From: a virus
Virus record (IMG/VR): IMGVR_UViG_3300045988_129816
Length of the DNA stretch: 42,653 bases
Reading direction: 5' to 3' (one strand)
The notes beneath the pieces were generated by a model that made no database searches, had not been told where the DNA came from, and was given only the letters and a program-made list of their open reading frames with translations. Of the stretch, positions 15,118 to 23,711 are shown piece by piece; within the stretch, counting starts at the first letter, position 1, and each line of letters starts with the position of its first letter. The translations under genes were made by a program, and so were the position numbers.

Positions 15118-16744
15118 TTTATCAGATGAAATAACTGTTGATGGATTTTGTGGTGGCGGCGGTTGGTCTACGGGTTTTGAATTTGCTATAGGCAGACCTG
15201 TCGATATAGGTATAAACCATGATAAATATGCTATTGCAATGCACAAGAAAAATCACCCGTTCACAGAACATTATAATGAAAATATATTTGAAGTTGACCC
15301 ATATAAAGCAACAAAGGGCAGACCTGTAGGGTGGGCACATTTTTCGCCTGATTGTACACATTTTAGCCGTGCAAAAGGTGGTACGCCTGTTAAAAAATCA
15401 ATTCGAGGTCTTGCGTGGGTTGTAACCAAATGGGCAGGAACTGTACACCCTCGCATAATTTCAATGGAAAATGTACCTGAATTTATGTCATGGGGTTCAT
15501 TATGTGCAAGAAGAAATAAGGACGGCAGAATATATAGAATGGACGGTACATTAGCTGAAAAGGGGACATATGTGCCGTATTCCGAACAACAACTTGTGCC
15601 GAATAAAAAGAAACAGGGAAAAACATTTAAACGATTTATAAATGTTATGAAATCTTTCGGATATAAATGCGAGTGGAAAATATTAACCGCTTCTGATTAC
15701 GGAGCACCGACAATACGAAAACGATTATTTATTATATTTCGTAATGACGGCAAATCGATTATATTTCCTAATCCGACACACGGAAACCCCGAAAGTGAAG
15801 AAGTTAAAAGCGGAAAGCTGTTACCTTGGCATACTGCTGCCGAATGTATTAATTGGGATTTGGAATGTCCGTCAATATTTGAACGAAAAAAACCTCTTGC
15901 AGAAAATACATTAAGAAGAATTGCAAAGGGTATACAGAAATTTGTAATTGAAAATCCTAATCCGTTCATAATACAGGTTAATCACGGTGGCGATAATTTC
16001 AGAGGGCAAGAAGTTGATAAACCTATGCCGACAATAACAGCTAAACATGGGTTTGGTGTTGTAGCACCTACATTAATACAATATCATGGCGAACAATCAA
16101 AAAATGAAGTGCGTGGACAAATCCTTGAAAAACCATTACAAACAGTTGATACAGCAAATAGATACGGACTTGTTACTGCATTTATGTCAAAATATTTTGG
16201 TGGAAACTATCAAGGCTGCGGAAGTTCTGTTGATGAACCATTACATACTATAACGGCAGTAGACCATAATGCACTTGCGGCAGTACATATAACGCAATTT
16301 AATAATCATTGCATAGGACAAAAAGTAGATGAACCACTTAAAACTATTACTTGTGGTGAGGGGCATTTCGGAGAAGTAAGAGCATTTTTAATAAAGTATT
16401 ATAGCGGTGAGAGTGGACAGAAAGTGAACGAGCCGTTGCACACTATCAGAACAAAGGATTGTTTTGGTTTAGTAACAATTAAAGGTGTTGACTATGCGAT
16501 TGTTGATATTGGGTTAAGAATGCTGACACCGAGAGAATTATACAATGCACAGGGATTTCCGACTGATTATGAAATTGAAACTGATTGTTATGGTAATAAA
16601 TATCCCAAAACAAAACAGGTTGCAAGGTGCGGAAACAGTGTACCGCCTCCGTTCGCAACTGCTCTTGCAAGAGCAAATGCACCGGAATGGTGTACAAAGA
16701 AATTTGATACAATGAAAGACTTTATATCAGAAGTTGCAATATAA
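15101..16744 (+). CDS. DNA (cytosine-5)-methyltransferase with five tandem TRD-like repeats
   Basis: Motif I FCGGGGWSTG, PC motif FSPDCTHFS, ENV motif ISMENVPEF, motif X RCGNSVPP. Variable region has five repeats of (D/E)xPLxTIT…G(x)V between about 16016 and 16480. Confidence 0.85.
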   Translation: MNAQINLSDEITVDGFCGGGGWSTGFEFAIGRPVDIGINHDKYAIAMHKKNHPFTEHYNENIFEVDPYKATKGRPVGWAHFSPDCTHFSRAKGGTPVKKSIRGLAWVVTKWAGTVHPRIISMENVPEFMSWGSLCARRNKDGRIYRMDGTLAEKGTYVPYSEQQLVPNKKKQGKTFKRFINVMKSFGYKCEWKILTASDYGAPTIRKRLFIIFRNDGKSIIFPNPTHGNPESEEVKSGKLLPWHTAAECINWDLECPSIFERKKPLAENTLRRIAKGIQKFVIENPNPFIIQVNHGGDNFRGQEVDKPMPTITAKHGFGVVAPTLIQYHGEQSKNEVRGQILEKPLQTVDTANRYGLVTAFMSKYFGGNYQGCGSSVDEPLHTITAVDHNALAAVHITQFNNHCIGQKVDEPLKTITCGEGHFGEVRAFLIKYYSGESGQKVNEPLHTIRTKDCFGLVTIKGVDYAIVDIGLRMLTPRELYNAQGFPTDYEIETDCYGNKYPKTKQVARCGNSVPPPFATALARANAPEWCTKKFDTMKDFISEVAI

Positions 16745-16764
16745 AAGAGAAATGGAGAAAGTCA

Positions 16765-17280
16765 ATGGCAAGAAAAAAATATAGCGGCGGATTTGAGGAA
16801 TACGAAAGCAAGTTAAAGCGTGTTATGGAACGTTTGGGAGTAAAGCAATATAAGTATGATTGGAGTAGAAATGAATGCTTTATTGAATTTACTTATAAAA
16901 ATCAATATTACCGTTTTGAACATTCGCTTCATAAGGCGGCGGAACATAAACAGAATATACATTATTCATCGGACCTATTTGCACAATTAGTCAAAACATT
17001 GGAAGATATTGCTCGAATGGTTGAGCGTGGTATATACGATTTGTCTACTTGGATAGAGGGTATGAAAACTTTACCGCCTAAAAAACAAATTCCACAGTGT
17101 TTTGTAACGTTGGGATTTGACAATATTCCATCAATGGACGAATTAAAAAATCGTTTCCGTATATTAGCAAAGGAAAGCCACCCCGATAGCGGCGGCAATC
17201 CTGAATTATTCTGCTTGTATAAATCCGCTTATGAAGAAGCGGAAATGTGTTTGAGGGAGGAACAGAAAAATGAAAAATAA
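16765..17280 (+). CDS. J-domain (DnaJ-like) protein
   Basis: C-terminal ELKNRFRILAKESHPDSGGNPELFCLYKSAYEEA with the HPD tripeptide. Confidence 0.65.
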   Translation: MARKKYSGGFEEYESKLKRVMERLGVKQYKYDWSRNECFIEFTYKNQYYRFEHSLHKAAEHKQNIHYSSDLFAQLVKTLEDIARMVERGIYDLSTWIEGMKTLPPKKQIPQCFVTLGFDNIPSMDELKNRFRILAKESHPDSGGNPELFCLYKSAYEEAEMCLREEQKNEK

Positions 17281-17941
17281 TAAATTAAAACCGTGTCCGT
17301 TTTGCGGCAGCACAGAAGTAGCATTTCTTGACGGTGGTGTGTATGATGAAATGCGATTTCAAGTTGAGTGTCAAAATTGCGGTGCGACTGTAGGTTTTAT
17401 TAATGAAAGTAGGTCAGGTGATGAACTCGGAGAAGCGTGGAATATGCGTTCAACTACAGAAATAAAATCAAAGACTATGACACTCGATGAAGCAATAGAA
17501 TATTGCGAAGAAGTCACAACTAAAAATTGTTTGGAGTATGTAGAAGAACACCAACAGCTTGCGAATTGGTTACACACGCTAAAGTATTTGGAAGAAAACG
17601 CAGTTATGCCAATATACAAAAAGCAAGATTGGTTGGGAATAGCAAATTATTACGGAAGAAAACAAATTCCATTGGTGATTGAAGAAATGGCAGAACTGAC
17701 GCAAGCATTGACTAAGTATATGAGAATAACGCAATTTGGTCAGCCTGTACGAAAAACAATAGACGAAGTGCAAGACAGCATAAAAGAAGAATTATCGGAC
17801 GTGATTGTAATGCTGATACAGTTGCAACATTTATTTAACATAGACAATGCTACAATAAATAAAATTGCGGACGAAAAGTTGAAAAGAACATTACAATTAA
17901 TGGAGGAGCAAGAATGCCAGAGGAGCAATTTGAAAAATTAG
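17270..17941 (+). CDS. Lar-family zinc-finger (restriction alleviation-like) N-terminus fused to a MazG-like NTP pyrophosphohydrolase domain
   Basis: KPCPFCGSTEV…VECQNCGATVGF…EAWNMR Lar signature; C-terminal EEMAELTQAL…EELSDVIVML MazG EExxE pattern. Confidence 0.65.
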   Translation: MKNNKLKPCPFCGSTEVAFLDGGVYDEMRFQVECQNCGATVGFINESRSGDELGEAWNMRSTTEIKSKTMTLDEAIEYCEEVTTKNCLEYVEEHQQLANWLHTLKYLEENAVMPIYKKQDWLGIANYYGRKQIPLVIEEMAELTQALTKYMRITQFGQPVRKTIDEVQDSIKEELSDVIVMLIQLQHLFNIDNATINKIADEKLKRTLQLMEEQECQRSNLKN

Positions 17942-18159
17942 CCGAAAGCAATACAATAGAAATACTGACAGATTTTAAGAAATATCTGAAGCCGAAGATG
18001 AGAACATGTGATGAATGCAGGTTTCTCAGAGTTTTAAACGATGGTACAACTGGTGTATATGCAAAATGCCCGACGAAAACATTTTTGCTATGGAAAGAAG
18101 ATACACGGCATACGACTTGCGATTATTGGGAGGATAAAAATGTTGACAAAAAAATATAA
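17914..18159 (+). CDS. Small Cys-containing hypothetical protein
   Basis: ORF with CDEC…CPTK…C. Confidence 0.35.
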   Translation: MPEEQFEKLAESNTIEILTDFKKYLKPKMRTCDECRFLRVLNDGTTGVYAKCPTKTFLLWKEDTRHTTCDYWEDKNVDKKI

Positions 18160-18448
18160 AAACGGTTTTGTTACACTTGACGCAGAAAAGTTTCCGTCTG
18201 TGGCACAAGAAACCATAGACAGAGAAATACGCAATTTCGAGCCAGTGAAAAAGGCGGTAGAGAAATTATATGAGCATGAGCGGAGAGACATTCCGATGAA
18301 AATAACTATTGACGAAGAATATGGATTAAGTCATTGCCCAAATTGTGGCGATAGTAAACATATACTATTCGGCGATAAACTTTGCGTTGAATGCGGGCAA
18401 GCATTGGATTGGAGTGCCACTGGGAGAGTAAAGGCAACGGAGAATTAA
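18140..18448 (+). CDS. Hypothetical protein with C-terminal zinc ribbon (CPNCG…CVECG)
   Basis: GGGAGGA RBS before ATG 18140. Confidence 0.45.
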   Translation: MLTKKYKNGFVTLDAEKFPSVAQETIDREIRNFEPVKKAVEKLYEHERRDIPMKITIDEEYGLSHCPNCGDSKHILFGDKLCVECGQALDWSATGRVKATEN

Positions 18449-18462
18449 AGGAGGATTTTATT

Positions 18463-19002
18463 ATGAAAAAGATTAAAGTATTGTGGTTTTCACGCCACGC
18501 AATGACGGCAGAACAGAGAGCTACACTGGGAGATGTTGAGATTTTTCAAGTAAACAAGACAATTAAATCTGCATATGAGTTAAAGGCAGAAATAGATGAC
18601 TGCGACATTATCGCCGTGGTTGCACCAATCGGACTGCAGGAACAATTCCTACGATTGGCAGGCGATAAGCCAGTAATAACTGCGGTCAATGACCGTAGAA
18701 TTATCAAAAATGACGACGGCTCGGAGGATAAGGTTGAATTCCACTTCGTTAAGTGGGAACGTTTGCTAAAAATCGAAGTTGTCAAGGAAAATTTTCCTAA
18801 TCAAACACCAATAGAAAATTGTGTTTTTTCGGTTTGTACATACAACTGTTTAAAACGTGCAATGATTGATAAAATCAGTGATATTGAGAGTATTGAACAG
18901 TTGATGATGGTAAGAGGTTTAGGTCAAAACAGTCTGAAAGAAATAGTAAACAAGTTGAGTGAATATGGCATTAAGTTGCCGGAAAGTGCGGTAAAGGGGT
19001 GA
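18463..19002 (+). CDS. Protein with C-terminal RNA-polymerase alpha-CTD-like helix-hairpin-helix domain
   Basis: VFSVCTYNCLKRAMIDKISDIESIEQLMMVRGLGQNSLKEIVNKLSEYGI resembles the RpoA CTD HhH; AAAGGAGG RBS. Confidence 0.45.
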   Translation: MKKIKVLWFSRHAMTAEQRATLGDVEIFQVNKTIKSAYELKAEIDDCDIIAVVAPIGLQEQFLRLAGDKPVITAVNDRRIIKNDDGSEDKVEFHFVKWERLLKIEVVKENFPNQTPIENCVFSVCTYNCLKRAMIDKISDIESIEQLMMVRGLGQNSLKEIVNKLSEYGIKLPESAVKG

Positions 19003-19116
19003 CATTGCAGGAATTATATGAATTTGCAGAAAAATTCGTTAAAGTTGGTAAGGGCAGTGGTACAGTGTCAGCTGATATTAATTTATATGCTGCGTTCGGG
19101 AAAGTGAGGGATAACG

Positions 19117-19359
19117 ATGAATAAAAATTTTACACCACCAAGTAAGAAACCTACGGAAAAAATTGAAGAAAAATTAAACATTGAACCGGACAGACATTTT
19201 GTAGTGGCATTACAAACCGGTCATTGTTTAGACTTCCACAATAAGTGCAGTTTTGTTAAGTTTGAAAGGAGATTAGCTTTTTTTCAAAATCAGAAAAAAG
19301 AAATCATATTAGCAATCCCAATAAGCAATATTAATTACATTTCATGTAAAGAAAATTAG
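19117..19359 (+). CDS. Hypothetical protein
   Basis: ORF, GAGGGA RBS. Confidence 0.35.
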   Translation: MNKNFTPPSKKPTEKIEEKLNIEPDRHFVVALQTGHCLDFHNKCSFVKFERRLAFFQNQKKEIILAIPISNINYISCKEN

Positions 19360-19371
19360 TGAGGTGAAGAA

Positions 19372-19635
19372 ATGAATAATATAATGAAGAAAATTAAGCA
19401 ATTATGTCAAAATAAACGAAAGTTAAATGCAGAAAAATACATAAATAAATTAAAAGATAATTTGCAAAGTTCAGGAAGCCCGGAGCAAGTATATATTCGT
19501 TATGGAATTATACAAGGAGCGTTGGATATGGCAATTATGATGGATATAATATGTGATTATGATTATTATAAAGAACAGACAAATGAGGTTGACAAAATTG
19601 CGGAAAACCTACTTGATAAACTAATGGAGGAATAA
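19372..19635 (+). CDS. Hypothetical protein
   Basis: ORF, GAGGTG RBS. Confidence 0.4.
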   Translation: MNNIMKKIKQLCQNKRKLNAEKYINKLKDNLQSSGSPEQVYIRYGIIQGALDMAIMMDIICDYDYYKEQTNEVDKIAENLLDKLMEE

Positions 19636-19638
19636 TAA

Positions 19639-20067
19639 ATGCTGAACAATGAAACAATCTATGAACTAACACAGGGCATTGAATTTATTGGGTATGAGCA
19701 TATGATGTTTTATTGCGAAAATGTGATAAAAACGAAATCAGAAAGAGATGTATACCGAAAGGCATTCTTTTATACGCTCGGGATTTTAGTAACCACAAGA
19801 ACTAATATTGACAGTTTATATGATTTTCAATCAAACTGTCCAAAGTTAGACGGGTTCGGGCAAAAGTGGCAAACAGAATATACTCTTAAATTATGTCGAT
19901 TGGCAATAAATCTATACAATGGTTTCCATCAAAACGGGACATCATGGGAAGATGCGACAACTGATACTGACGGCAAATATACACCTTATGAACTATTCTC
20001 AATGCCGTTTGTGAAATATATGGTTGAAGCGATTAAAATTCGTTATCCTCAATACATGAAATGTTAG
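19639..20067 (+). CDS. Hypothetical protein
   Basis: ORF, GGAGGA RBS. Confidence 0.4.
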   Translation: MLNNETIYELTQGIEFIGYEHMMFYCENVIKTKSERDVYRKAFFYTLGILVTTRTNIDSLYDFQSNCPKLDGFGQKWQTEYTLKLCRLAINLYNGFHQNGTSWEDATTDTDGKYTPYELFSMPFVKYMVEAIKIRYPQYMKC

Positions 20068-20081
20068 GAGGTTAAAGTACC

Positions 20082-20240
20082 ATGAGTAAAAAGAATTTAA
20101 CAAGCAAACAAAAAACATATATCGCATCGTGCGGACTTAAGCCGAATAATTGGTACATAGAAACGGAAACAAAAGATGCTTATTACCTTGTCAGCAAGAC
20201 TGGGCAGCACCGACTGATAAAGAAAGAGAACTGTAAATAA
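20082..20240 (+). CDS. Small hypothetical protein (52 aa, below ORF-track cut-off)
   Basis: AGGAGG RBS 10 nt before ATG 20082. Confidence 0.35.
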   Translation: MSKKNLTSKQKTYIASCGLKPNNWYIETETKDAYYLVSKTGQHRLIKKENCK

Positions 20241-20254
20241 ATAGCAATAAACAT

Positions 20255-20321
20255 TGATTTATAGTTGAGTTTCTTCATATATAATAGATAAATTTTAAAA
20301 GTGTCCATTGCGGCACTTTTA
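20255..20321 (+). promoter_or_regulatory. Putative promoter (TTGATT-17/18-TATATA) plus 5' hairpin upstream of the rep-like gene; possible origin-associated structure
   Basis: Read directly; hairpin AAAAGTG-10 nt-CACTTTT. Confidence 0.3.
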
Positions 20322-20358
20322 AGGTTTATACAGAATATTAATAAATCGACGAGGGCAG

Positions 20359-21186
20359 GTGGTACAAATGAAAAAATGTAAAGGCAAATATATTCAAAGA
20401 GAAAGAAGAATATATCACGGAGATTATTTAGACGTAAATATATTTCCTGTTTTTAAAAAGCCGGGTAAAAGAAAAAAGAAAACCAATCCATCATCTGAAA
20501 TACAGAAAAAGTTAAATCAAACTTACAGAGAAAATAAAGTGACATATTTAATCAACAATAATTTCTCAAAGAAAGATTTAGAGATTGGATTGGGATTTGA
20601 TGATGAACACCTACCTGAAACATATGCAGATGTACAGAGAATTATTCGTAATTATATCAGACGTATAAAACATTACATATCAAAAAATGATTTATCCGAA
20701 TTAAAATATTTGTATGTGATTGAACGTGGTGCAACTAATGGACGTTGGCACATACACATGATTTTAAGCGGCGGCATAGATAGAGATTTGTTGGAGGATA
20801 TGTGGGGACAAGGATATGCACATACTTACAGATTGGAATTTGATGATAATGGATTGAAAGGTTTGGCGAAGTATAAAGTTAAAGAGCCGACAACAGATAT
20901 TGAAGTCATAGATGAAAAAATACATAGATGGGCGGCGAGCAAGAATTTAAAAAAGCCGACCATTCCAAAAGACAGAGATGGATTTATAAGCAAAGATACC
21001 GTCCGAGATATTCGTAAGGGTGATATATGTGAACGAGAGATAGAGCGTTTATATCCCGGATATACAATTACAGATATAAGTCCATATTTGAATACAATTA
21101 ATGCAGGTGAATATTTAACTATTCGCTTGCGGAAAACGAAGAATAGCAGAGTTACAAAGGAGGTATTTTATAAATGCAGAAAATAA
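20359..21186 (+). CDS. HUH-endonuclease superfamily Rep-like replication initiation protein
   Basis: HUH motif GRWHIHMIL and candidate catalytic Tyr motif GLAKYKVKEP; upstream of VRR-NUC. Confidence 0.5.
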   Translation: MVQMKKCKGKYIQRERRIYHGDYLDVNIFPVFKKPGKRKKKTNPSSEIQKKLNQTYRENKVTYLINNNFSKKDLEIGLGFDDEHLPETYADVQRIIRNYIRRIKHYISKNDLSELKYLYVIERGATNGRWHIHMILSGGIDRDLLEDMWGQGYAHTYRLEFDDNGLKGLAKYKVKEPTTDIEVIDEKIHRWAASKNLKKPTIPKDRDGFISKDTVRDIRKGDICEREIERLYPGYTITDISPYLNTINAGEYLTIRLRKTKNSRVTKEVFYKCRK

Positions 21187-21629
21187 AGGCAAGCGACCTA
21201 CCGTGTCCGACTGAAAGTCAAGAGCAACAAACATTGTTCAGATTTTGTTCGGTGGAGTTATCTCGTTATCCCGAATTGGAAATGTTGGCACACATTCCAA
21301 ATGAGGGCAAGCGTACCAAGACAATGGGCGGCAGATTAAAAAAAGAGGGGTTGAGAAAAGGTTATCCCGATATTGTTTTGAATGTTTCAAGACAGGAGTA
21401 TCACGGATTATTCTTAGAGTTAAAGCGGAAACGTGGAAGTAAGATAACTAAGGAACAGAAAGAGTGGATAATAAAGTTGAACCGTCAAGGCAATGCTGCG
21501 GCATTCTGCTACGGTTGGGAACAGGCGTGGGAATTTATATACGCCTATTTAACGTGCGATAAATCTGACGGCAGTAAGAGTACAGTCAAAGATTATATTT
21601 CAAAAAGTTTAAAGGAGGCGGCGGAATGA
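21174..21629 (+). CDS. VRR-NUC domain nuclease
   Basis: ESQEQQTLFRF…HIPNEGKR…GYPDIVL…LELKRKRGSKITKEQKEW pattern of PF08774. Confidence 0.6.
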   Translation: MQKIKASDLPCPTESQEQQTLFRFCSVELSRYPELEMLAHIPNEGKRTKTMGGRLKKEGLRKGYPDIVLNVSRQEYHGLFLELKRKRGSKITKEQKEWIIKLNRQGNAAAFCYGWEQAWEFIYAYLTCDKSDGSKSTVKDYISKSLKEAAE

Positions 21630-21775
21630 TTGACAAAACAAAAATCTTCCCACTGCTTTTAATTATTCTTGATTTAGGTGCGGCGGTTATGTTCGTACCT
21701 CGCAAGGATTGGGGAAACATTATATATTGGTTAGCCGCAGCGATATTAAACATCGCTGTAACTTTTTTGATGTAG
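21626..21775 (+). CDS. Small membrane protein (49 aa)
   Basis: GGAGGCGGCGGA RBS; two hydrophobic helices. Confidence 0.35.
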   Translation: MIDKTKIFPLLLIILDLGAAVMFVPRKDWGNIIYWLAAAILNIAVTFLM

Positions 21776-21795
21776 TAGGTTGAGGAGGTAGAGGA

Positions 21796-22152
21796 ATGCA
21801 ACAAGATAACATAAAGGACTTTGCGATTGCGGCATTTCGCTATCGAGGGCATTTAAACGACACAGATATATTATCGCTTGAAGAAGTCTATATTAATATG
21901 GCGGTAACGTCAACCATTCGCCATTTGGAGATAGAGCGAGATTATATTGCAATAGAGGGCGTTAAGCGTGTTTACTATCAGTTACCGTTGGGAAACTTGA
22001 AACGTGGATTGCTTACCGAAAATACAAAGCGTGTAGCAATAGATATGCACATAGAAGAACGAACTCTATGGCGACATCTCGCAAGAGCGAGGAATATATT
22101 TAATTGTTATTATGAAAAGTTTACTGACACAAAATTGTCAGGAGTAACTTAA
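21796..22152 (+). CDS. ArpU-family / sigma-region-4-like late transcriptional regulator
   Basis: C-terminal EERTLWRHLARARNIF HTH; position immediately before terS. Confidence 0.55.
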   Translation: MQQDNIKDFAIAAFRYRGHLNDTDILSLEEVYINMAVTSTIRHLEIERDYIAIEGVKRVYYQLPLGNLKRGLLTENTKRVAIDMHIEERTLWRHLARARNIFNCYYEKFTDTKLSGVT

Positions 22153-22162
22153 TTTTTTATTA

Positions 22163-22200
22163 TATAATAGACCATGAACGATATGCCCGTATCGTTCATG
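22163..22200 (+). terminator. Strong rho-independent terminator
   Basis: CCATGAACGATA-tgcccg-TATCGTTCATGG followed by CTTTTTTC. Confidence 0.8.
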
Positions 22201-22204
22201 GCTT

Positions 22205-22574
22205 TTTTCATTTGCGGCAGTGAAATTTCTCTGTTTCACTGCTGCGGCGAAAAAAAGTAGGTTCTTCCCGTGGGGGGCATACCCTGCGGGGCTAAAGAGG
22301 TCCGGAAATTGCCCCTTTTTGAAAAAATTTTTAAGGGGACTTCCTTCCGCTTTTGGATATTTTGAAAAAGATATAGAGAGCGAGGAAAAATTAAAAGTAA
22401 AAAACATGAAAAACAAGTATAAAATTTGCGGTTTTCAAAATCACAAATTTAAAAATTTTAAGAAACAAAATTCATTACAAAAAGTTGATATAAAAAATCG
22501 GTTAAATTTTTGGAACATTAATTTGTAGAAATTTCAAAATTTAATTTTTTGCATTTAATAGGAATAAAAAAACC
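22205..22574. promoter_or_regulatory. Structured non-coding leader upstream of terS: second hairpin (22205-22236), GC-rich island (22262-22330), TTTTCAAAA/TTTTGAAAA repeats; candidate cos/terminase recognition plus late promoter region
   Basis: No credible ORF; composition shift; location before a lambda GpA-type terminase operon. Confidence 0.35.
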
Positions 22575-23084
22575 ATGGAAGTAAATCAAAAACAGCTTGC
22601 GGCACTACTTGGAATTTCGTCACGACAGGTCAGAAATTTAAAAGAACAAGGCTTATTTGAATTTGTTACCGACAGTCGAAAATATAACGCTGAAAAGTGT
22701 GTACAAGAGTACATAGATTTTAAGATAAAAGCGGAAGTCGGCAACGGGACAAATCTGCAAAAAGAAAAAGAGCAGGCAGAACACGAAAAATATAAAAAGG
22801 AAATCACAAAATTGAAGTTACGGAGGCTGCGAAAGGAAACGCATGAAGCAGGTGATGTAGAACAATTTTTGAATAATATGCTTATAGATTTCCGTAATCG
22901 TCTGTTATCAGTTCCGGCAAAAATCGCACCGATTGTTATAGGACAAACTGATATACATATAATCATTTCAGAATTGGAGAAAGAGTTGGAAATGACATTA
23001 GAGGAATTATCAAATTATGACCCTGATGTTATAAACGGAACAGAACCGATTGATTATGATGTCGAAACTGATGAAGAAGAATAA
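22575..23084 (+). CDS. terS: Terminase small subunit (HTH)
   Basis: N-terminal QKQLAALLGISSRQVRNLKEQG HTH, acidic C-terminus, immediately upstream of terL region. Confidence 0.6.
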   Translation: MEVNQKQLAALLGISSRQVRNLKEQGLFEFVTDSRKYNAEKCVQEYIDFKIKAEVGNGTNLQKEKEQAEHEKYKKEITKLKLRRLRKETHEAGDVEQFLNNMLIDFRNRLLSVPAKIAPIVIGQTDIHIIISELEKELEMTLEELSNYDPDVINGTEPIDYDVETDEEE

Positions 23085-23132
23085 TTTGTTGTAAAACAAT
23101 TATTATATATAAAATTTTAGGAGGTTTAAGAA

Positions 23133-23537
23133 ATGTCAAACGAAAAAAGTACAGATGAACAGAAAAAGATTGTAGAGGTTAAAAACGTGGCAACAGACAC
23201 AAAGAAGGTAGTTGATATTATTATCCCAGAGGAAGAAGAAAAGGTCGATAATATTATCAAATTATCGCAGACATACAATTTTGAGGGAGAGCATATCAGC
23301 GAGGTTGATTTAACCAATCTTGAAAATTTAAACGCACTGCAAATGCAAGATATTGAAAAACTATATCGCAAAATTGCAAAATCGGCTTCTTCTACACCGG
23401 AATTAACGATAGAATATGCAATGGCAACGGCATCAAAGCTAACGGATTTGCCATTGGAATTTTATCAAAGAATAAGCGGTAAGGATATAACCAAGATTAA
23501 AAATCGAATTATAAATTTTTTATACAGCGAGGATTAA
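23133..23537 (+). CDS. Acidic hypothetical protein
   Basis: AGGAGG RBS. Confidence 0.4.
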   Translation: MSNEKSTDEQKKIVEVKNVATDTKKVVDIIIPEEEEKVDNIIKLSQTYNFEGEHISEVDLTNLENLNALQMQDIEKLYRKIAKSASSTPELTIEYAMATASKLTDLPLEFYQRISGKDITKIKNRIINFLYSED

Positions 23538-23711
23538 CAGCGGAAAATATCAGAAAATTATGCGTAAATTTAGGCATGGCAACAAACACATCAATAGAAT
23601 TTATGTTTCAAAGACCGCAACAAGAATTATTGGATATAGCAGATGATTTGTCGGAAAGAGCCGAAAGGCTTGAACGACTACGAAAGCAAAGAAGATAGCG
23701 AGGGGCGGAAT

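Noticed and set aside
22262-22330. GC-rich tract as a possible tRNA
   Set aside because: Cannot be folded into an acceptor/T-arm cloverleaf and has no GTTCRANYC T-loop. More consistent with cos/terminase-binding DNA.
22138-22528. Two ORFs from the track (22138-22416 minus, 22220-22528 plus) in the terS leader
   Set aside because: Low-complexity translations with no RBS. They overlap two terminator-type hairpins and a GC-rich island. Treated as non-coding regulatory/packaging DNA.
23643-23711. Upstream start for TerL at 23643 (track), and a 41-codon ORF at 23576-23700
   Set aside because: No RBS at 23643. ATG 23712 carries the phage-typical GAGGGGCGGAAT RBS. The small ORF has no RBS and uncertain coding character.
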